Of a DNA stretch of 64,000 bases, positions 12,265 through 25,850 are shown in pieces (position 1 is the first letter of the stretch; each line of letters begins with the position of its first letter). Position numbers and translations under genes: made by a program. The DNA comes from Mobula hypostoma. Its lineage: Eukaryota. The notes beneath the pieces were generated by a model. That model was not told the DNA's origin and did no database searches. It saw only the letters and a list, made by a program, of their open reading frames with translations. The stretch spans positions 4,714,001 to 4,778,000 of the forward strand of contig NC_086101.1 of the NCBI RefSeq assembly GCF_963921235.1, read 5' to 3'.

Positions 12265-15200
12265 AATGGGCTGAGAGAAAAAGAGGAAGGGGGAGAGGGG
12301 AGAGGGGAGAGAGGGGGAGGGGAGAGGGGGGAGGGGAGAGGGGGAGGGAGAGAAAACGAGGGGAGGGGAAGGGGAGAGAGAGAGGGAGGAGAGAGGGAGG
12401 GGAGGAGGGGAGAGGGAGAGGGAGGGAAGCAGGGGAGAGGGAGAGAGGGAGGGAGGGGAGGAGGGGAGAGGGAGGGGAGAGGGGGAAGGAGGGGAGGAGG
12501 GGAGAGGGGGAGAGGATAGGGGAGGGAGGGGATAAGGAGGGGAGGTGGAGAGGGAGAGGGGAGGGAGGGAGAGGGGAGGGGAGGAGGGGAGAGGGAGGGG
12601 GAGGGGAGAGGAGAGGGAGGGGGATGGGAGAGGAGAGGGGGAGAGGGAGGGGATAGGGAGGGGAGGGGGAGAGGGAGAGGGAGGGGAGAGGGAGAATGGG
12701 CTGAGAGAAAAAGAGGAAGGGGGAGAGAGAGGGACAGGGGAGGGGAGGGGGAGGAAGGGGGGAGGGAGAGGGGTAGGGAGAGAGGGGAGGGGAGGAAGAG
12801 GGTAGGGAGAAGAGAGGGGAGAGGAGTGGGGAGGGGGAGAGGGGAGTGGGGGAGGGGAAGGGGAGGGAGGGGAGGAGGGGAGAGGGGAGGAGGGGAGAGG
12901 GGCGGGTGGAGGAGAGGAGAGGGAGGGGGGAGGAGAGGAGAGGGGAGAGGGGAGAGAGAGGGCGAGGGGGAGAGGAGAGGGAGAGAGGGGAGAGGAGAGG
13001 GAGAGAGGGGAGAGGAGTGGGGAGGGGGAAAGGGGAGGGGAGGGGGAGAGGGGAGTGGGGGAAGGGGAGGGGAAGGGGGAAGGGGAGGGAGGGGGAGGGA
13101 AGGAGGGGAGAGGGGCTGGTGGAGGAGGGGAGAGGGGGAGAGAGGGAGGGGAGAGAGGGAGGGGAGAGGGAGGGGAGAGGGGAGAGGGGAGGGGGAAGGG
13201 AGGGAAGGAGGGGAGAGGGAGAGTGGAAGGGAGGGGAGGAGGGGAGAAGGAGAGGGACGGGGAGGGAGGGAGGGGGAGGGGGGAGAGGGAGGGAAAAGGG
13301 AGGGGGAGAGGGGAAGGAGGGGAGGGGGAGAGGAGAAGGAGGGGAGAGGGAGGGGAAAGGGAGGGGAAAGGGTAGGGAGGGGAGAGGGAGGTGGAGGGGG
13401 CAGAGGGAGAGAGAGGGGAGAGGGGGAAGGGTAGAAGAGGGGAGGGTGAGAGTGGGGGAGGGGAGGGAGAGGGGGAGGGGAGGGAGAGGGGAGAGGGGGG
13501 AGGGGAGAGGGAGAGAGGGCGGAGAGAGAGCGAGAGGGGTAGGGGAGGGGGAGGGAGAGAGGGGGAGGGAGGGGAGGAGAGGGGAGGGAGAGGGGGATGG
13601 GAGGAGGTGAGTGGGAGGAGGGGGAGGGGGGAGTGAGAGAGGTGAGAGAGGGGGAGGGGAGAGGGGAGAGGGAGGGGAGAGGGAGGGGAGGGAAGAGGGG
13701 GAGAGGGGGGAGGGGAGGGAAGAGGGGGAGAGGAAGGAGGGTAGGGAGAGAGGAGGGAGGAGGGGAAGGGGAGAGGGGAGGGAGGGGTATGGGAGAGGGG
13801 AGGGGGAGAGGGAGGGGAGGGGGAGAGGGAGAGGGAGGGGAGAGAGGAGAGGGAGAATGGGCTGAGAGAAAAAGAGGAAGGGGAGAGGGGAGAGGGAGAG
13901 GGAAGGGAGTCGCGAGAGTGGGGGAGGGAGAGAGGGAAGGGAGAGAGGGAAGGGAGAGAGGGGAGGGGAGAGGGGAGAGGTGAGTGGGAGAGGGAGGGGA
14001 GAGGGGAGAGGGAGGGGAGAGGGGAGAGAGAGGAGAGGGGAGAGGGGAGAGAGAGGGTGAGGGGGAGGGAGAGGAGAGGGGAGAGGTGAGTGGGAGGGGG
14101 AGGGGGAGAGAGGAAGGGTAGGGGGGAGAGGGAAGAGGAGAGAGAGAGAGGGGAGAGGAGGGGAGGGGGAAAGGGGAGGGAAGGGGAGGGGGAGAGGGAG
14201 GGGAGAGGGGAAAGAGAGGAGAGGGGAGAGGGGAGAGAGAGGGTGAGGGGGAGGGAGAGGAGAGGGGAGAGGTGAGTGGGAGAGGGAGGGGGAGAGAGGA
14301 AGGGTAGGGGGGAGAGGGAAGAGGAGAGGGAGAGAGGGGAGAGGAGGGGAGGGGGAAAGGGGAGGGAAGGGGAGGGGGAGAGGGAGAGAGGGGAGGGAAG
14401 AGGGAGGGGAGGAGGGGAGAGGGAGGGGAGGGGGAGAGGGAGGGGAGGGGGAGAGGGGAGAGGGGAGGGAGGAGGAGAGGGGGAGGGAGGGTATGAGGGG
14501 AGAGGGAGGAGAGAGGAGCGGGGGGAGGAGGGGAGAGGGGAGAGGGGAGAGGGTGAGGGGTAGAGAGGGAAGGAGGGGAGAGGGATGGGAGAGGGGAGGG
14601 AGGGGAAAGGCAGGGGAGAGGGGAGGGGGAGGGCAGGGAGGGGAGGGGGAGGGGAGGGAGAGGGGAGAGGCGAGAGGGAGGGGAGGGGAGAGGGTTAGAG
14701 GGCGGAGAGAGAGGGAGAGCGGTAGGGGAGGGGGAGGGAGAGAGTGGGGGAAGGAGAGAGAGGGGAGGGAGAGAGGGGAGGGGAAGGAGAAAGGGGAGGG
14801 GATGGAGAGGGGAGAGAGGGGAGATGAGTGGGAGAGGAGAGAGGTGAGTGGGAGAGGGAGGGGAGAGGGGAGGGAGGGGAGAGGGGAGAGAGGGGGAGCG
14901 GGAGGAGGAAGGGAAGGGAGAGAGGGGGAGGAAGAGAGGGGAGAGAGGGGGAGGAAGAGAGGGGAGGGAGAGGGGAGAGGGAGAGTGAGAGGGAAGAGGG
15001 AGGGGGAGGGAGGGGAGGAGGGGAGAGAGAGGGGGAGCGGGAGGAGGAAGGGAAGGGAGGGGGGAGGGAGAGGGGGAAGGAGAAAGGGGAGGGGATGGAG
15101 AGGGGAGAGAGGGGAGATGAGTGGGAGAGGAGAGAGATGAGTGGGAGAGGGGAGAGGTGAGTGGGAGAGGGAGGGGAGAGGGGAGAGAGAGGGGGAGCGG

Positions 15201-18200
15201 GAGGAGGAAGGGAAGGGAGAGGGGGAGGGAGGGAGAGGGGAGGGGGAGAGAGAGGGGAGGAGGGGAGAGAGAGGGGGAGGGGAGAGAGAGGGGGAGGGGA
15301 GGAGGGGAGAGAGAGGGGGAGGGGAGAGGGGAGAGTGGGAGGGAAGAGGGAGAGGGGAGGGAGGGGAGGGGAGGGGAGAGAGGAGAGGGGAGGAAGGGGG
15401 ATGGGGAGGGGAGGGGGAGGGGAGAGGGGGGATGGGAGAGGGGAGGTGGAGGGAGGGGATAGGGAGGGGAGGGGGAGAGGGAGAGGGGAGGGGGAGATGG
15501 AGAGGGGAGAGAGAGGGTGAGGGGAGAGAGAGGGTGAGGGGAGAGAGAGGGTGAGGGGAGAGAGAGGGGGAGGGAAGGGGAGGGGGAGGGGAGAGAGGGG
15601 GGGAGGGGGAGGGGAGAGAGGGGGAGGGGAGGGAGGTAGAGGGGAGAGGGGGGATGGGAGAGGGGAGGGGGAGGGAGGGGATAGGGAGGGGAGGGGGAGA
15701 GGGAGAGGGGAGGGGGAGAGGGAGAGGGGAGAGAGAGGGTGAGGGGAGAGAGAGGGGGAGGGAAGGGGAGGGGGAGGGGAGAGAGGGGAAGGGGAGGGGT
15801 GGGAGAGAGGGGGAGGGGTAGGGGAAGGGGAGGGAGAGAGTGGGGGAGGGAGAGAGGGGAGGGGAGGGAAGGGGAGGGAGAGGGGAGAGGTGAGTGGGAG
15901 GGGAGAGGGGAGAGGGAAGAGAGAGGGAGAGAGGGGAGGGAGAGGGGACAGGTGAATGGGAGAGGGGAGAGGTGAATGGGAGAGGGGAGAGGTGAGAGGG
16001 AGAGGGAGGGGGAGAGGGGACGGGGAGAGGGGAGGGGGAGAGGAGAGGGGAGAGGGGAGGGGGAGAGGAGAGGGGAGAGGGGAGGGAGGGGAGGAGGGGA
16101 GAGGGAGTGGGAGGAGAGGAGGGGAGAGGGAGGGGAGGAGGGGAGAGGGAGGGGAGAGGGAGGGGAGAGGGAGGGGAGAGGGAGGGGAGGGGGAGGGGAG
16201 GGGAGGAGGAGAGAGGGGTGGGAGGAGGAGGAGGGGAGAGGGGAGGGAGGGGAGGGAGAGAGGGGAGGAGAGGGGAGGGAGAGGGGGATGGGAGGAGGTG
16301 AGGAGGAAGGGGGAGGGGGGAGTGAGAGAGAGGTTAGTGGGAGAGGGAGGGGAGAGGGAGGGGAGAGGAGGGGGAGAGGGAGGGGAGAGGAGGGGGAGAG
16401 GGAGGGGAGAGGGGAGAGGGAGGGGAGGGAAGAGGGGGAGGGGAAGGAGGGTAGGGAGAGAGGAGGGAGGAGGGGGAGAGGGGAGGGAGGGGTATGGGAG
16501 AGGGGAGGGGGAGAGGGAGAGGGAGGGGAGAGAGGAGAGGGAGAATGGGCTGAGAGAAAAAGAGGAAGGAGAGAGGGGGAGGGGGAGAGGGAAGGGAGTC
16601 GCGAGAGTGGGGGAGGGAGAGAGGGAAGGGAGAGAGGGGAGGGGAGAGGCGAGAGGTGAGTGGGAGAGGGAGGGGAGAGGGGAGAGAGAGGAGAGGGGAG
16701 AGAGAGGGTGAGGGGGAGGGAGGGGAGAGGGTAGAGGTGAGTGGGAGAGGGAGGGGGAGGGGGAAGAGGAGAGGGAGAGGAGGGGAGGGGGAAAGGGGAG
16801 GGAAGGGGAGGGGGAGAGGGAGAGAGGGGAGTGGGGGAAGGGGAGGGAAGAGGGAGGGGAGGGGGAGAGGGGAGGGAGGAGGAGAGGGGGAGGGAGGGGA
16901 TGAGGGGAGAGGGAGGAGAGAGGAGCGGGGGGAGGAGGGGAGAGGGGAGAGGGTGAGGGGTAGAGAGGGAAGGAGGGGAGAGGGATGGGAGAGGGGAGGG
17001 AGGGGAGAGGAATGGGAGAGGGGAGGGAGGGGAGAGGGAGGTGTCAAGTGGAGAGGGAGGGGAAAGGCAGGGGAGAGGGGAGGGGGAGGGCAGGGAGGGG
17101 AGGGTGAGGGGAGAGAGAGGGGGGAGAGAGGGTGGGGTAGAAGAGGGGGACGGGGGGAGGGGAGGGAGAGGGGAGAGGCGAGAGGGGGGGAGGGGAGAGG
17201 GTTAGAGGGCGGAGAGAGAGGGAGAGGGGTAGGGGAGGGGGAGGGAGAGAGGGGAGGGGAAGGAGAAAGGGGAGGGGATGGAGAGGGGAGAGAGGGGAGA
17301 TGAGTGGGAGAGGAGAGAGGTGAGTGGGAGAGGGAGGGGAGAGAGGAGAGAGAGGGGGAGCGGGAGGAGGAAGGGAAGGGAGAGAGGGGGAGGAAGAGAG
17401 GGAGGGGAGAGGGGAGAGTGAGAGGGAAGAGGGAGGGGGGAGGGAGGGGAGGAGGGGAGAGAGGGGGAGCGGGAGGAGGAAGGGAAGGGAGAGGGGGGAG
17501 GGAGAGGGGGGGGAAGGAGAAAGGGGAGGGGATGGAGAGGGGAGAGAGGGGAGAGAGGGGAGATGAGTGGGAGAGGAGAGAGATGAGTGGGAGAGAGGAG
17601 AGGGGAGAGCTGAGTGGGAGAGGGAGGGGAGAGGGGAGAGAGGGGGGAGCGGGAGGAGGAAGGGAAGGGAGAGAGGGGGAGGGAGGGAGAGGGGAGGGGG
17701 AGAGAGAGGGGAGGAGGGGAGAGAGAGGGGGAGGGGAGAGGGGAGGAGGGGAGGGGGAGGGGAGAGTGGGAGGGAAGAGGGAGAGGGGGAGGGAGGGGAG
17801 GGGAGGGGAGAGAGGAGAGGGGAGGGAGGGGAGGGGTGGGAGAGGGGGGAGAGAGAGGGGGAGGGGTAGGGGGAGGGGAGAGGGGGGATGGGAGAGGGGG
17901 GATGGGAGAGGGGAGGGGAGGGAGGGGATAGGGAGGGGAGGGGGAGAGAGAGGGGAGAGAGAGGGTGAGGGGAGAGAGAGGGGGAGGGGAGGGGGAGGGG
18001 AGGGGAGGGGGGGGGGAGGGAGGGGAGAGAGGGGGGAGGGGAGGGAGGGGAGAGAGAGGGGGAGGGGAGGGGTGGGAGAGAGGGGGAGGGGTAGGGGAAG
18101 GGGAGGGAGAGAGTGGGGGAGGGAGAGAGGGGAGGGAGGGAAGGGGGAGGGAGAGGGGAGAGGTGAGTGGGAGAGGGAGGGGAGAGGGGAGAGGGAAGAG

Positions 18201-20980
18201 AGAGGGAGAGGGGAGAGGTGAATGGGAGAGGGGAGAGGTGAGAGGGAGAGGGAGGGGAAGAGGGGACGGGGAGAGGGGAGGGGGAGAGGAGAGGGGAGAG
18301 GGGAGGGAGGGGAGGAGGGGAGGAGGGGAGAGGGAGTGGGAGGAGAGGAGGGGAGAGGGAGTGGAGGAGGGGAGAGGGAGGGGGAGGGGGAGGGGAGGAG
18401 GAGAGAGGGGTGGGAGGAGGAGGAGGGGAGAGGGAGGGGGAGGGGAGAGGGGGAAGGAGGGAAGGAGGGGAGAGGGAGGGGGAGGGGGGCGAGGGAGGGG
18501 AGAGAGGGGAGGGAGAGGGAGGGGGAGAGGGGAGGGGAAGAGGGGAGGGGGAGAGAGAAGGGGGAAGGAGAGGGCGAGGGAGAGGGCGAGGGAGAGGGAG
18601 GGGGAGAAGGGAGGGGACAGGGAGGGGGAGAAGGGAGGGAGAGAGGGGACGGGGAGAGAGGAGGGGGAGGGGAGAGAGGAGTGGGAAGGAGAGAGGGAGG
18701 GTGAGAGGGAAGGGAGAGGGGAGGGAGAGAGGAGTGGGAGAGGGGAGAGGGGAGAGTGGAGGGTGGAGGGGAGGGGAGAGAGGAGGGGGAAGGAGAGGGG
18801 GAGGGAGATAGGGGAGGTGGAGAATGGAGGGGCAGGGAGAGAGGGGGGAGGGAGAGGGAGGGGGAGAAGGGAGGGGACAGGGAGGGGGAGAAGGGAGGGA
18901 GAGAGGGGACGGGGAGAGAGGAGGGGGAGGGGAGAGAGGAGTGGGAAGGAGAGAGGGAGGGGGAGAGGGAAGGGAGAGGGGAGGGAGAGAGGAGTGGGAG
19001 AGGGGAGAGGGGAGAATGGAGGGTGGAGGGGAGGGGAGAGAGGAGGGGGAAGGAGAGGGGGAGGGAGATAGGGGAGGTGGAGAATGGAGGGGCAGGGAGA
19101 GAGGGGGGAGGGAGAGAGGAGGGGGAAGTGGAGAGGGGAGAGGGGAGGGGGAGAGGAGGGGGAAGGAGAGAGGGGTGAGTGGAGGGTGGAGGGGAGAGGG
19201 GGAGAGTGGAGTGGGGAGGGGAGAGGTGAGTGGGAGAGGGAGGGGAGAGGGGAGAGAGAGGGGGAGGGGGAGGAGGAAGGGAAGGGAGAGAGGGGGAGGA
19301 AGAGAGGGGAGGGAGAGGGGAAAGGTCTGGGAGAGGGGGGAGGGGAGAGAGAGGGAGGGGGAGGAGGAGGGGTGGGGGAGGGAAGAGAGGGGAGGGGAGG
19401 GGGGATGGGAGAGGGGAGGGGGAGAGGGAGGGGCAGAGGAGAGGGAGAATGGGCTGAGAGAAAAAGAGGAAGGGGAGAGGGGAGAGAGAGGGAGAGGGGG
19501 AGGGGAGAGAGAGGGAGAGGGGGAGGGGAGGGAGAGGGGGAGGGCGAGTGGAGAGGGGGAGGGGAGAGGGAGAGGGGGAGGGGAGAGGGGGAGGGGAGAG
19601 GGGGAGGGGAGAGGGGGGAGGGGAGAGGGAGAGAGGGGAGGGGAGGGAGGGGAGAGAGAAGGGGAGGGGAGTGGGAGGGAGAGAGGGGGGAGAGAGAGGG
19701 GTAGGGGAAGGGGAGGGAGAGAGTGGGAGAGGGAGGGAGGGGGAGGGAGAGAGGGGAGGGGAGGGAGAGGGGAGAGGTGAGTGGAAGAGGGAGGGGAGAG
19801 GGGAGAGGGAGGGGGAGGGGGAGGGAGAGGGGGGAGGGAGAGAGTGGAGGGAGAGGGAGAGAGTGGAGGGAGAGGGGAGAGGTTAGTGGGAGAGGGAGGA
19901 GGGAGGGGAGAGGTTAGTGGGAGAGGGAGGAGGGAGGGGAGAGGGGAGAGGTGAATGGGAAAGGGGAGAGGTGAGTGGGAGAGGGAGGGGGAGAGGGGAA
20001 GGGGAGAGGGGAGGGGGAGAGGGGAGAGGAGAGGGAGAGAGGGGAGAGGAGGGGAGAGGGAAGAGGAGAGGGAGAGAGGGGAGAGGAGGGGGAGGGGGAA
20101 AGGGGAGGGGAAGGGGGAAGGGGAGGGAGGGGGAGGGAAGGAGGGGAGAGGGAGGGGAGGGAGGGGAGAGGGGAGAGGGGAGGGAGGGGGAGAGGGGAGA
20201 GGGGAGGGAGGGGGAGAGGAGAGAGGGGAGGGAGGGGGAGAGGGGAGGGGAGGAGGGGAGAGGGAGAGGGAAGGGAGGAGGGGAGAGGAGGGGAGAGGGA
20301 AGAGGAGAGGGAGAGAGGGAAGAGGAGAGGGAGAGAGGGGAGAGGAGGGGGAGGGGGAAAGGGGAGGGGAAGGGGGGAAGGGGAGGGAGGGGGAGGGAAG
20401 GAGGGGAGAGGGAGGGGAGGGAGGGGAGAGGGGAGAGGGGAGGGAGGGGGAGAGGAGAGAGGGGAGGGAGGGGGAGAGGGGAGGGGAGGAGGGGAGAGGG
20501 AGAGGGAAGGGAGGAGGGGAGAGGGAGGCGGAGGGGGGGAGGAGGGGGAGGGAGGGGAGGGAGATGGGAGGGGAGGGAGAGAGGGGAGGGAGAGGGGAGG
20601 GGGAGAGAGAAGGGGGAAGGAGAGGGCGAGGGAGAGGGAGGGGGAGAAGGGAGGGAGAGAGGGGGCGGGGAGAGAGGAGGGAGAACGAGAGGGAGGGAGG
20701 GGAGAAAGGAGGGGGAGAGAGGAGGGGGAAGGAGAGAGGGAGAGGGAAGGGGAGAGGGGAGGGGAGGGAGAGAGGGGGGGAAAGGGAGAGGGGAGAGTGG
20801 AGTGGGAAGGGGAGAGGGGAGGGGGAGAGTGGAGTGGGGAGGTGAGAGGGGGAGTGGAGGGGAGAGTGGAGAGCAAGAGGGGAGGGTGGAGGGGAGGGTG
20901 GAGGGGAGAGGGGAGGGGGAAGAGTGGAGTGGGGGAGGTGAGAGGGGGGTGGAGAACGAGAGGAGAGGGGAGTGGGAGTC
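12265..20980. repeat. ~8.7-kb G/A polypurine low-complexity tract
   Basis: Almost only G and A on the + strand; landmark AATGGGCTGAGAGAAAAAGAGGAAGG recurs at 12265, 12695, 13856, 16544 and 19448. Confidence 0.95.
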
Positions 20981-22032
20981 TCACTCTCTGGTCCCCATAT
21001 GTGGAAATGTGAGTACACACAGTAAAATGCATCATTTTCCACAACGACAAACACACTCAGGGGATGTGTTGGGAGCAGTGGGCACTTGTTGCCAAACCTG
21101 CCAGTGCCAACATGACATGCTCACAACAAACCGACCTTTACATCTTTGGCCCGTGGGAGGAAATGGGAGCATATGGGGAGAACACGAGCAGTCAAACTCC
21201 TTACTGATAGTGGTGGGAGTTGATCACCATCTGCACTAAAGCACTACACTATACATACACATATTGATCAGAACAAAGCACGTGGACCTCTCATTCGCAG
21301 AAACTGGCCCTTTGGCCCATCTAAAACATGCCAAACCATTTAAACTGCCTGCTCCCATCCAGCTGCACTGGGACCATAGCCCTTGATACCCCGACTATCC
21401 AGTGTTCATGATCATCATGACAGGACAGGAAAGGAATGGAGGGTTACAGGCTGAGTGCAGGTCGGTGGGACGAGGTGAGAGTAAGAGTTCGGCACGGATT
21501 AGATGGGCCGAGATGGCCTGTTTCCGTGCTATAATTGTTATATGGTATATGGTTATCATCGAAGGGGCAGTCCAAAAATAAGGAACTCATTGAACGAAAT
21601 GGGCAGAGAAGTTGAGGGAAGGCAATATCACCGAAGGCCACATTCCGAAGCCAGAATTTACAGTAAGGATCGGACGTGTTGGGAACAGTGAATTGGTCAG
21701 AATTTACACTAATTATCAGACGTGTTGGGAACATTGAATTGGACCATAAGGCTGTGAGACTGGGAGCAGGATTAGGCCATTCGGCCCATCTAGTCCACTC
21801 TGCCATTCTGTCACCTCTCAACTAGGGGGAGAAAAAGATGATGTAAACCAGTGGGTAGGAGACGGGGATGTTGGTGGGTGGGGGTGACCAAGATAGACAA
21901 CTGCCACGTGGGTAGAAGACCATCAGACCACAGGATAGGAGCAGAATTCTGCCATTCGGTCCATCGATACTGTTCCACCATTCTGTCATGGCTGATTTAT
22001 TTTTCCTGTCAAACCCATTCTCCTTGCTTTCC

Positions 22033-23080
22033 TGGTGTCATGGATTCTTGATTACCTGACTGGCAGACCACAGTACGTGTGCTTGCAACACTGTGTGTCC
22101 GACAGAGTGATCAGTAGCACTGGGGCTCCACAGGGGACTGTCTTGTCTCCCTTTCTCTTCACCATTTACACCTCGGACTTCAACTACTGCACAGAGTCTT
22201 GTCATCTTCAGAAGTTTTCAGATGACTCTGCCATAGTTGGATGCATCAGCAAGGGAGATGAGGTTGAGTACAGGGCTATGGTAGGAAACTTTGTCACATG
22301 GTGTGAGCAGAATTATCTGCAGCTTAATGTGAAAAAGACTAAGGAGCTGGTGGTAGACCTGAGGAGAGCTAAGGTACCAGTGACCCCTGTTTCCATCCAG
22401 GGGGTCAGTGTGGACATGGTGGAGGATTACAAATACCTGGGGATACGTACTGACAATAAACTGGACTGGTCAAAGAACACTGAGGCTGTCTACAAGAAGA
22501 GTCAGAGCCGTCTCTATTTCCTGAGGAGACTGAGGTCCTTTAACATCTGCCGGACGATGCTGAGGATGTTCTACGAGTCTGTGGTGGCCAGTACTATCAT
22601 GTTTGCTGTTGTGTGCTGGGGCAGCAGGCTGAGGGTAGCAGACACCAACAGAATCAACAAACTCATCCGTAAGGCCAGTGATGTTGTGGGGATGGAACTG
22701 GACTCTCTCACGGTGGTGTCTGAAAAGAGGATGCTGTCTAAGTTGCATGCCATCTTGGTCAATGTCTCCCATCCACTACATAATGTACTGGGTGGGCACA
22801 GGAGTACATTCAATCAGAGACTCATTCCACCGAGATGCAACACAGAGCGTCATAGGAAGTCATTCCTGCCTGTGGCCATCAAACTTTACAACTCCTCCCT
22901 TGGAGGGTCAGACACCCTGAGCCAATAGGCTAGTCCTGGACTTATTTCATAATTTACTGGTATAATTTACATATTGCTATTTAACTATTTATGGTTTTGT
23001 TACTATTTATTATTTGTGGTGCAATTGTAACGAAAACCAATTTCCCCTGGGATCAATAAAGCATGACTATGACTATGACT
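22033..23080 (+). mobile_element. 5'-truncated, probably young Rex1/Babar LINE with uninterrupted RT C-terminal ORF
   Basis: ORF 22035-22928: WILDYLTGRPQYV, GAPQGTVLSPFLFTIYTSD, QKFSDDSAIVG, YKYLG; tail caataaagcatgactatgactatgact; inserted in a minus-strand CR1 tail. Confidence 0.9.
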
Positions 23081-23501
23081 GAGTTCTCCCCGTCACCTAA
23101 GGCAGCCTTACCAACCAAGAACCTGGCAAACTCCACTTTCACCATACTCTGCTATTTGCTGGGCATCGTCTTGCAAGTGGGGATGTTGAAGTTTGTTCCT
23201 GTTTCCCGTCACGTCAGTCTGTTCACTCGATAATACCCAGATACACACACATCATGAACTTATTTACTTCGAACGACCACTTCACGCCAGTCTTTGTTCT
23301 CCTCGCTGCTTGAGTGGTCTGGACCGCTCTGGTGCGAAACGCCGGCAGCTTCCGACGTTGATGGGCGAGTCGGGAGTGCTGACTGTACCGTATCTTTTTC
23401 CGGCTTCCCGGGGCCTGCGGTTCGCTTGCTGCTGATCCCAGGCAACAGCTTGTTGTGTTGTTCTGGATTTCCAGCATCTGCAGAATCTCTTGCGGTTAGG
23501 G

Positions 23502-23613
<112 letters not shown>

Positions 23614-23640
23614 GTGTGGAGTCGGACGGAAGTTGTGAAC

Positions 23641-24051
23641 ATGGCCTCCAGCAAGCAGTTCACGCGTTTGACCGACCTGATCACCTGCCCCGTCTGCCGT
23701 GACCTGCTCGCCGCTCCGGTCACACTGGGCTGCGGCCACAACTTCTGCTGCTCCTGCATCACGCAGCGCTGGGAAAGGGAGGCGAGGAAATGCTGCCCGG
23801 AGTGCGGGGAGGAGTTCGCGGCACAGAGCCTCCGGGTTAACCGGGCCTTGGCGGGCTTGGCCGAGATGATTCAAAACATCACCCTGAAGCCCGGAGAGGA
23901 AGAGCGGCCCTTCCGCTGCGAGGAGCACCAGGAGGAACCGAAACTCTTCTGTGAAACCGACAGCAAGCTGATCTGCTATTCTTGCGTGGCGGCGCGGGAA
24001 CACAGGGAGCACCGCTTCCTGCCCATTAAAGAGGCCGTGGACGCCTACAAG
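23641..24051 (+). CDS. TRIM-B exon 1: RING finger and B-box2 (A33/xnf7/TRIM69-like E3 ligase)
   Basis: MASSKQFTRLTDLITCPVC...CGHNFCCSCI...CPEC (C3HC4 RING); CEEHQEEPKLFCETDSKLICYSC...HREH (B-box); AACATGG Kozak; donor AAG|gtgaga; phase 0. Confidence 0.95.
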
Positions 24052-25181
24052 GTGAGAGGAAGCAGTGTGCGAGCAACAGGCAGAAAACGCTGGGGGAACC
24101 AGCGTCTGCCGAGGGGAATAGACTGCCAACGTTTCGGGACGGGAAAGGGAGGGGGCAGGAGCTAGAAGAAGTGGGGAGGAGGGGGGCAGAAACGTTTGAT
24201 GGGTTTGGATCTGCTGTCGCTGGAGTTTAGAATTGATTCCGAGGGAAATTGGGTTTTGTTACAGCCGCACCAACCAAGAACAGAGCGTAAATATAGCAAT
24301 AAAAAAACCACAAACAATCAAACAACAGAATGCAAACTATGCCAGACGGAAAATAAATCCAGGACCAGTCTATTGGCTCAGGGTGTCTGAGCCTCCGCGG
24401 GAGGAGCTGCAAGTTCGGTGGCCACAGGCAGGAACGACCTCCCATGCCGCCCAGTGTTGTATCACGGTGGATACAACAGAAGAATGAGGTGGGAGACCTC
24501 ACTGAAACTTGCCGAATATTGAGAGGCCGAGATGTAGCGGATGTGGAGGGCGTGTTTTCAATATCTAGTACAGCCTTCGAAGAGAGGAAACGGATTTTCT
24601 CTAGCCAGAAGATAAACGAATCAGTGAAATTTGTTGCCATAGACGGCTGTGGAGGCCAAGTCATTCACTGGGTAGATTTAAAGCGGAGACTGATAGGTTC
24701 TTAATTAGCCTGGGTGTCAGTGGTTATGGGGAGAAGGCAGGAGAATGGGGTTGAGAGGGTTAATAAATCAGCCATGGCAATGGCAGAGCAGACTCTATGG
24801 GCCGAATGGCCTAATTGAGCTCATGTCTTGTGGGGGCGAACAAGCTGGCGGGAAGGAGGGCAGGGGAGGGGATGAATGGAGGAGCTGGGAGGTGAGAGGT
24901 GGAGGAGGGAAAGGGCTGGAGAAGAAGGAATCTGATAGGAGAGGAGAGTGGATCATGGGAGAAGGAAGGGAAGGGGGGCAGGCAAGGAAAACGGAAGGGG
25001 GGGAACAGAATGGGGAATGGAAAAAAAGAGTGATGGCAGGAGGGGCAGAAACTACCCCCCCCACCGTGTTTCGTGAGGCTTGCTCAAGATTTCCAGCATC
25101 TGCACAATTTCTCAAGTTTACGTATCAGCACTTGAACAATTGTTGAAGATTTTCATCCATTCTTCTAAATCCTAATCGCAG

Positions 25182-25277
25182 GGACAAGTGAAATCTGCCC
25201 TGGACTCCCTGGCACAGACCAAGTCAGAGATCCTGAGGAAGGAACAGCAGCAGAGGAGGGATATTGCCAGAGTCAGG
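25182..25277 (+). CDS. TRIM-B exon 2 (96 nt, coiled coil)
   Basis: cctaatcgcag|GGA...AGG|gtgagc; GQVKSALDSLAQTKSEILRKEQQQRRDIARVR; 96 nt is the usual size for this TRIM exon. Confidence 0.92.
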
Positions 25278-25419
25278 GTGAGCTCTCTCTCTCCTCTCTC
25301 TCTCTCCCCCCCCCCCACTGACTTTCCAAAATTTCTGTTCCTTTTGCTCCCTTCATCATTGTTTCAACCTCCTGGGAGAGTACATCTGACACAAGCCCTC
25401 ATGGCCCCAGAACACACCC

Positions 25420-25850
25420 TACACACAATCAGGAAAGATCACCAATGGCCCTGCTTGCTGAGGAGACAGGAGAGAACTGGGCTTGGCATATCCATTCTAC
25501 AGATGCAGAGTAGAGAGCATCCTGACGAGCTGCATCACTGCTCGGTACGGAACCTGCACTGTGGCAGACAGGGAGGCTCTATAACAGGTAGTCAAAACTG
25601 CCCAACGCCTCACCGGCACCAGCCTACCCACCTTCAAGCTCATAGATAGAGCAAGGCCGGAAAAGGGCCAGTATCACCATGAAGGATCCCACCCACCCTG
25701 CTCTTGGACCGTTTGCCCCACTCCCATCAGGGAGGAGGCTACATAGCGTCCATGCCAGGACCACCAGACTCAAAAACAGTTACTTTCCCCAAGCAGTAAG
25801 GCTGATCAACACCTCCACCCACTAACTCCACCTCTCCACACCCCCATGTT
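25420..25850 (+). mobile_element. Rex1-like LINE 3' fragment
   Basis: gagagcatcctgacgagctgcatcactgc...ctcccatcagggaggaggctac...aaaaacagttactttccccaagcag; same family as 43820-44130 and 62225-62450. Confidence 0.7.

Noticed and set aside
12545..21239. Many long G/R/E-rich (+) and P/S/L-rich (-) ORFs, including the 1336-aa one
   Set aside because: A G/A-only tract has few stop codons; no domain or splice support
22035..22928. 297-aa ORF as a host gene
   Set aside because: It is the RT C-terminal part of a truncated Rex1/Babar LINE with its microsatellite tail
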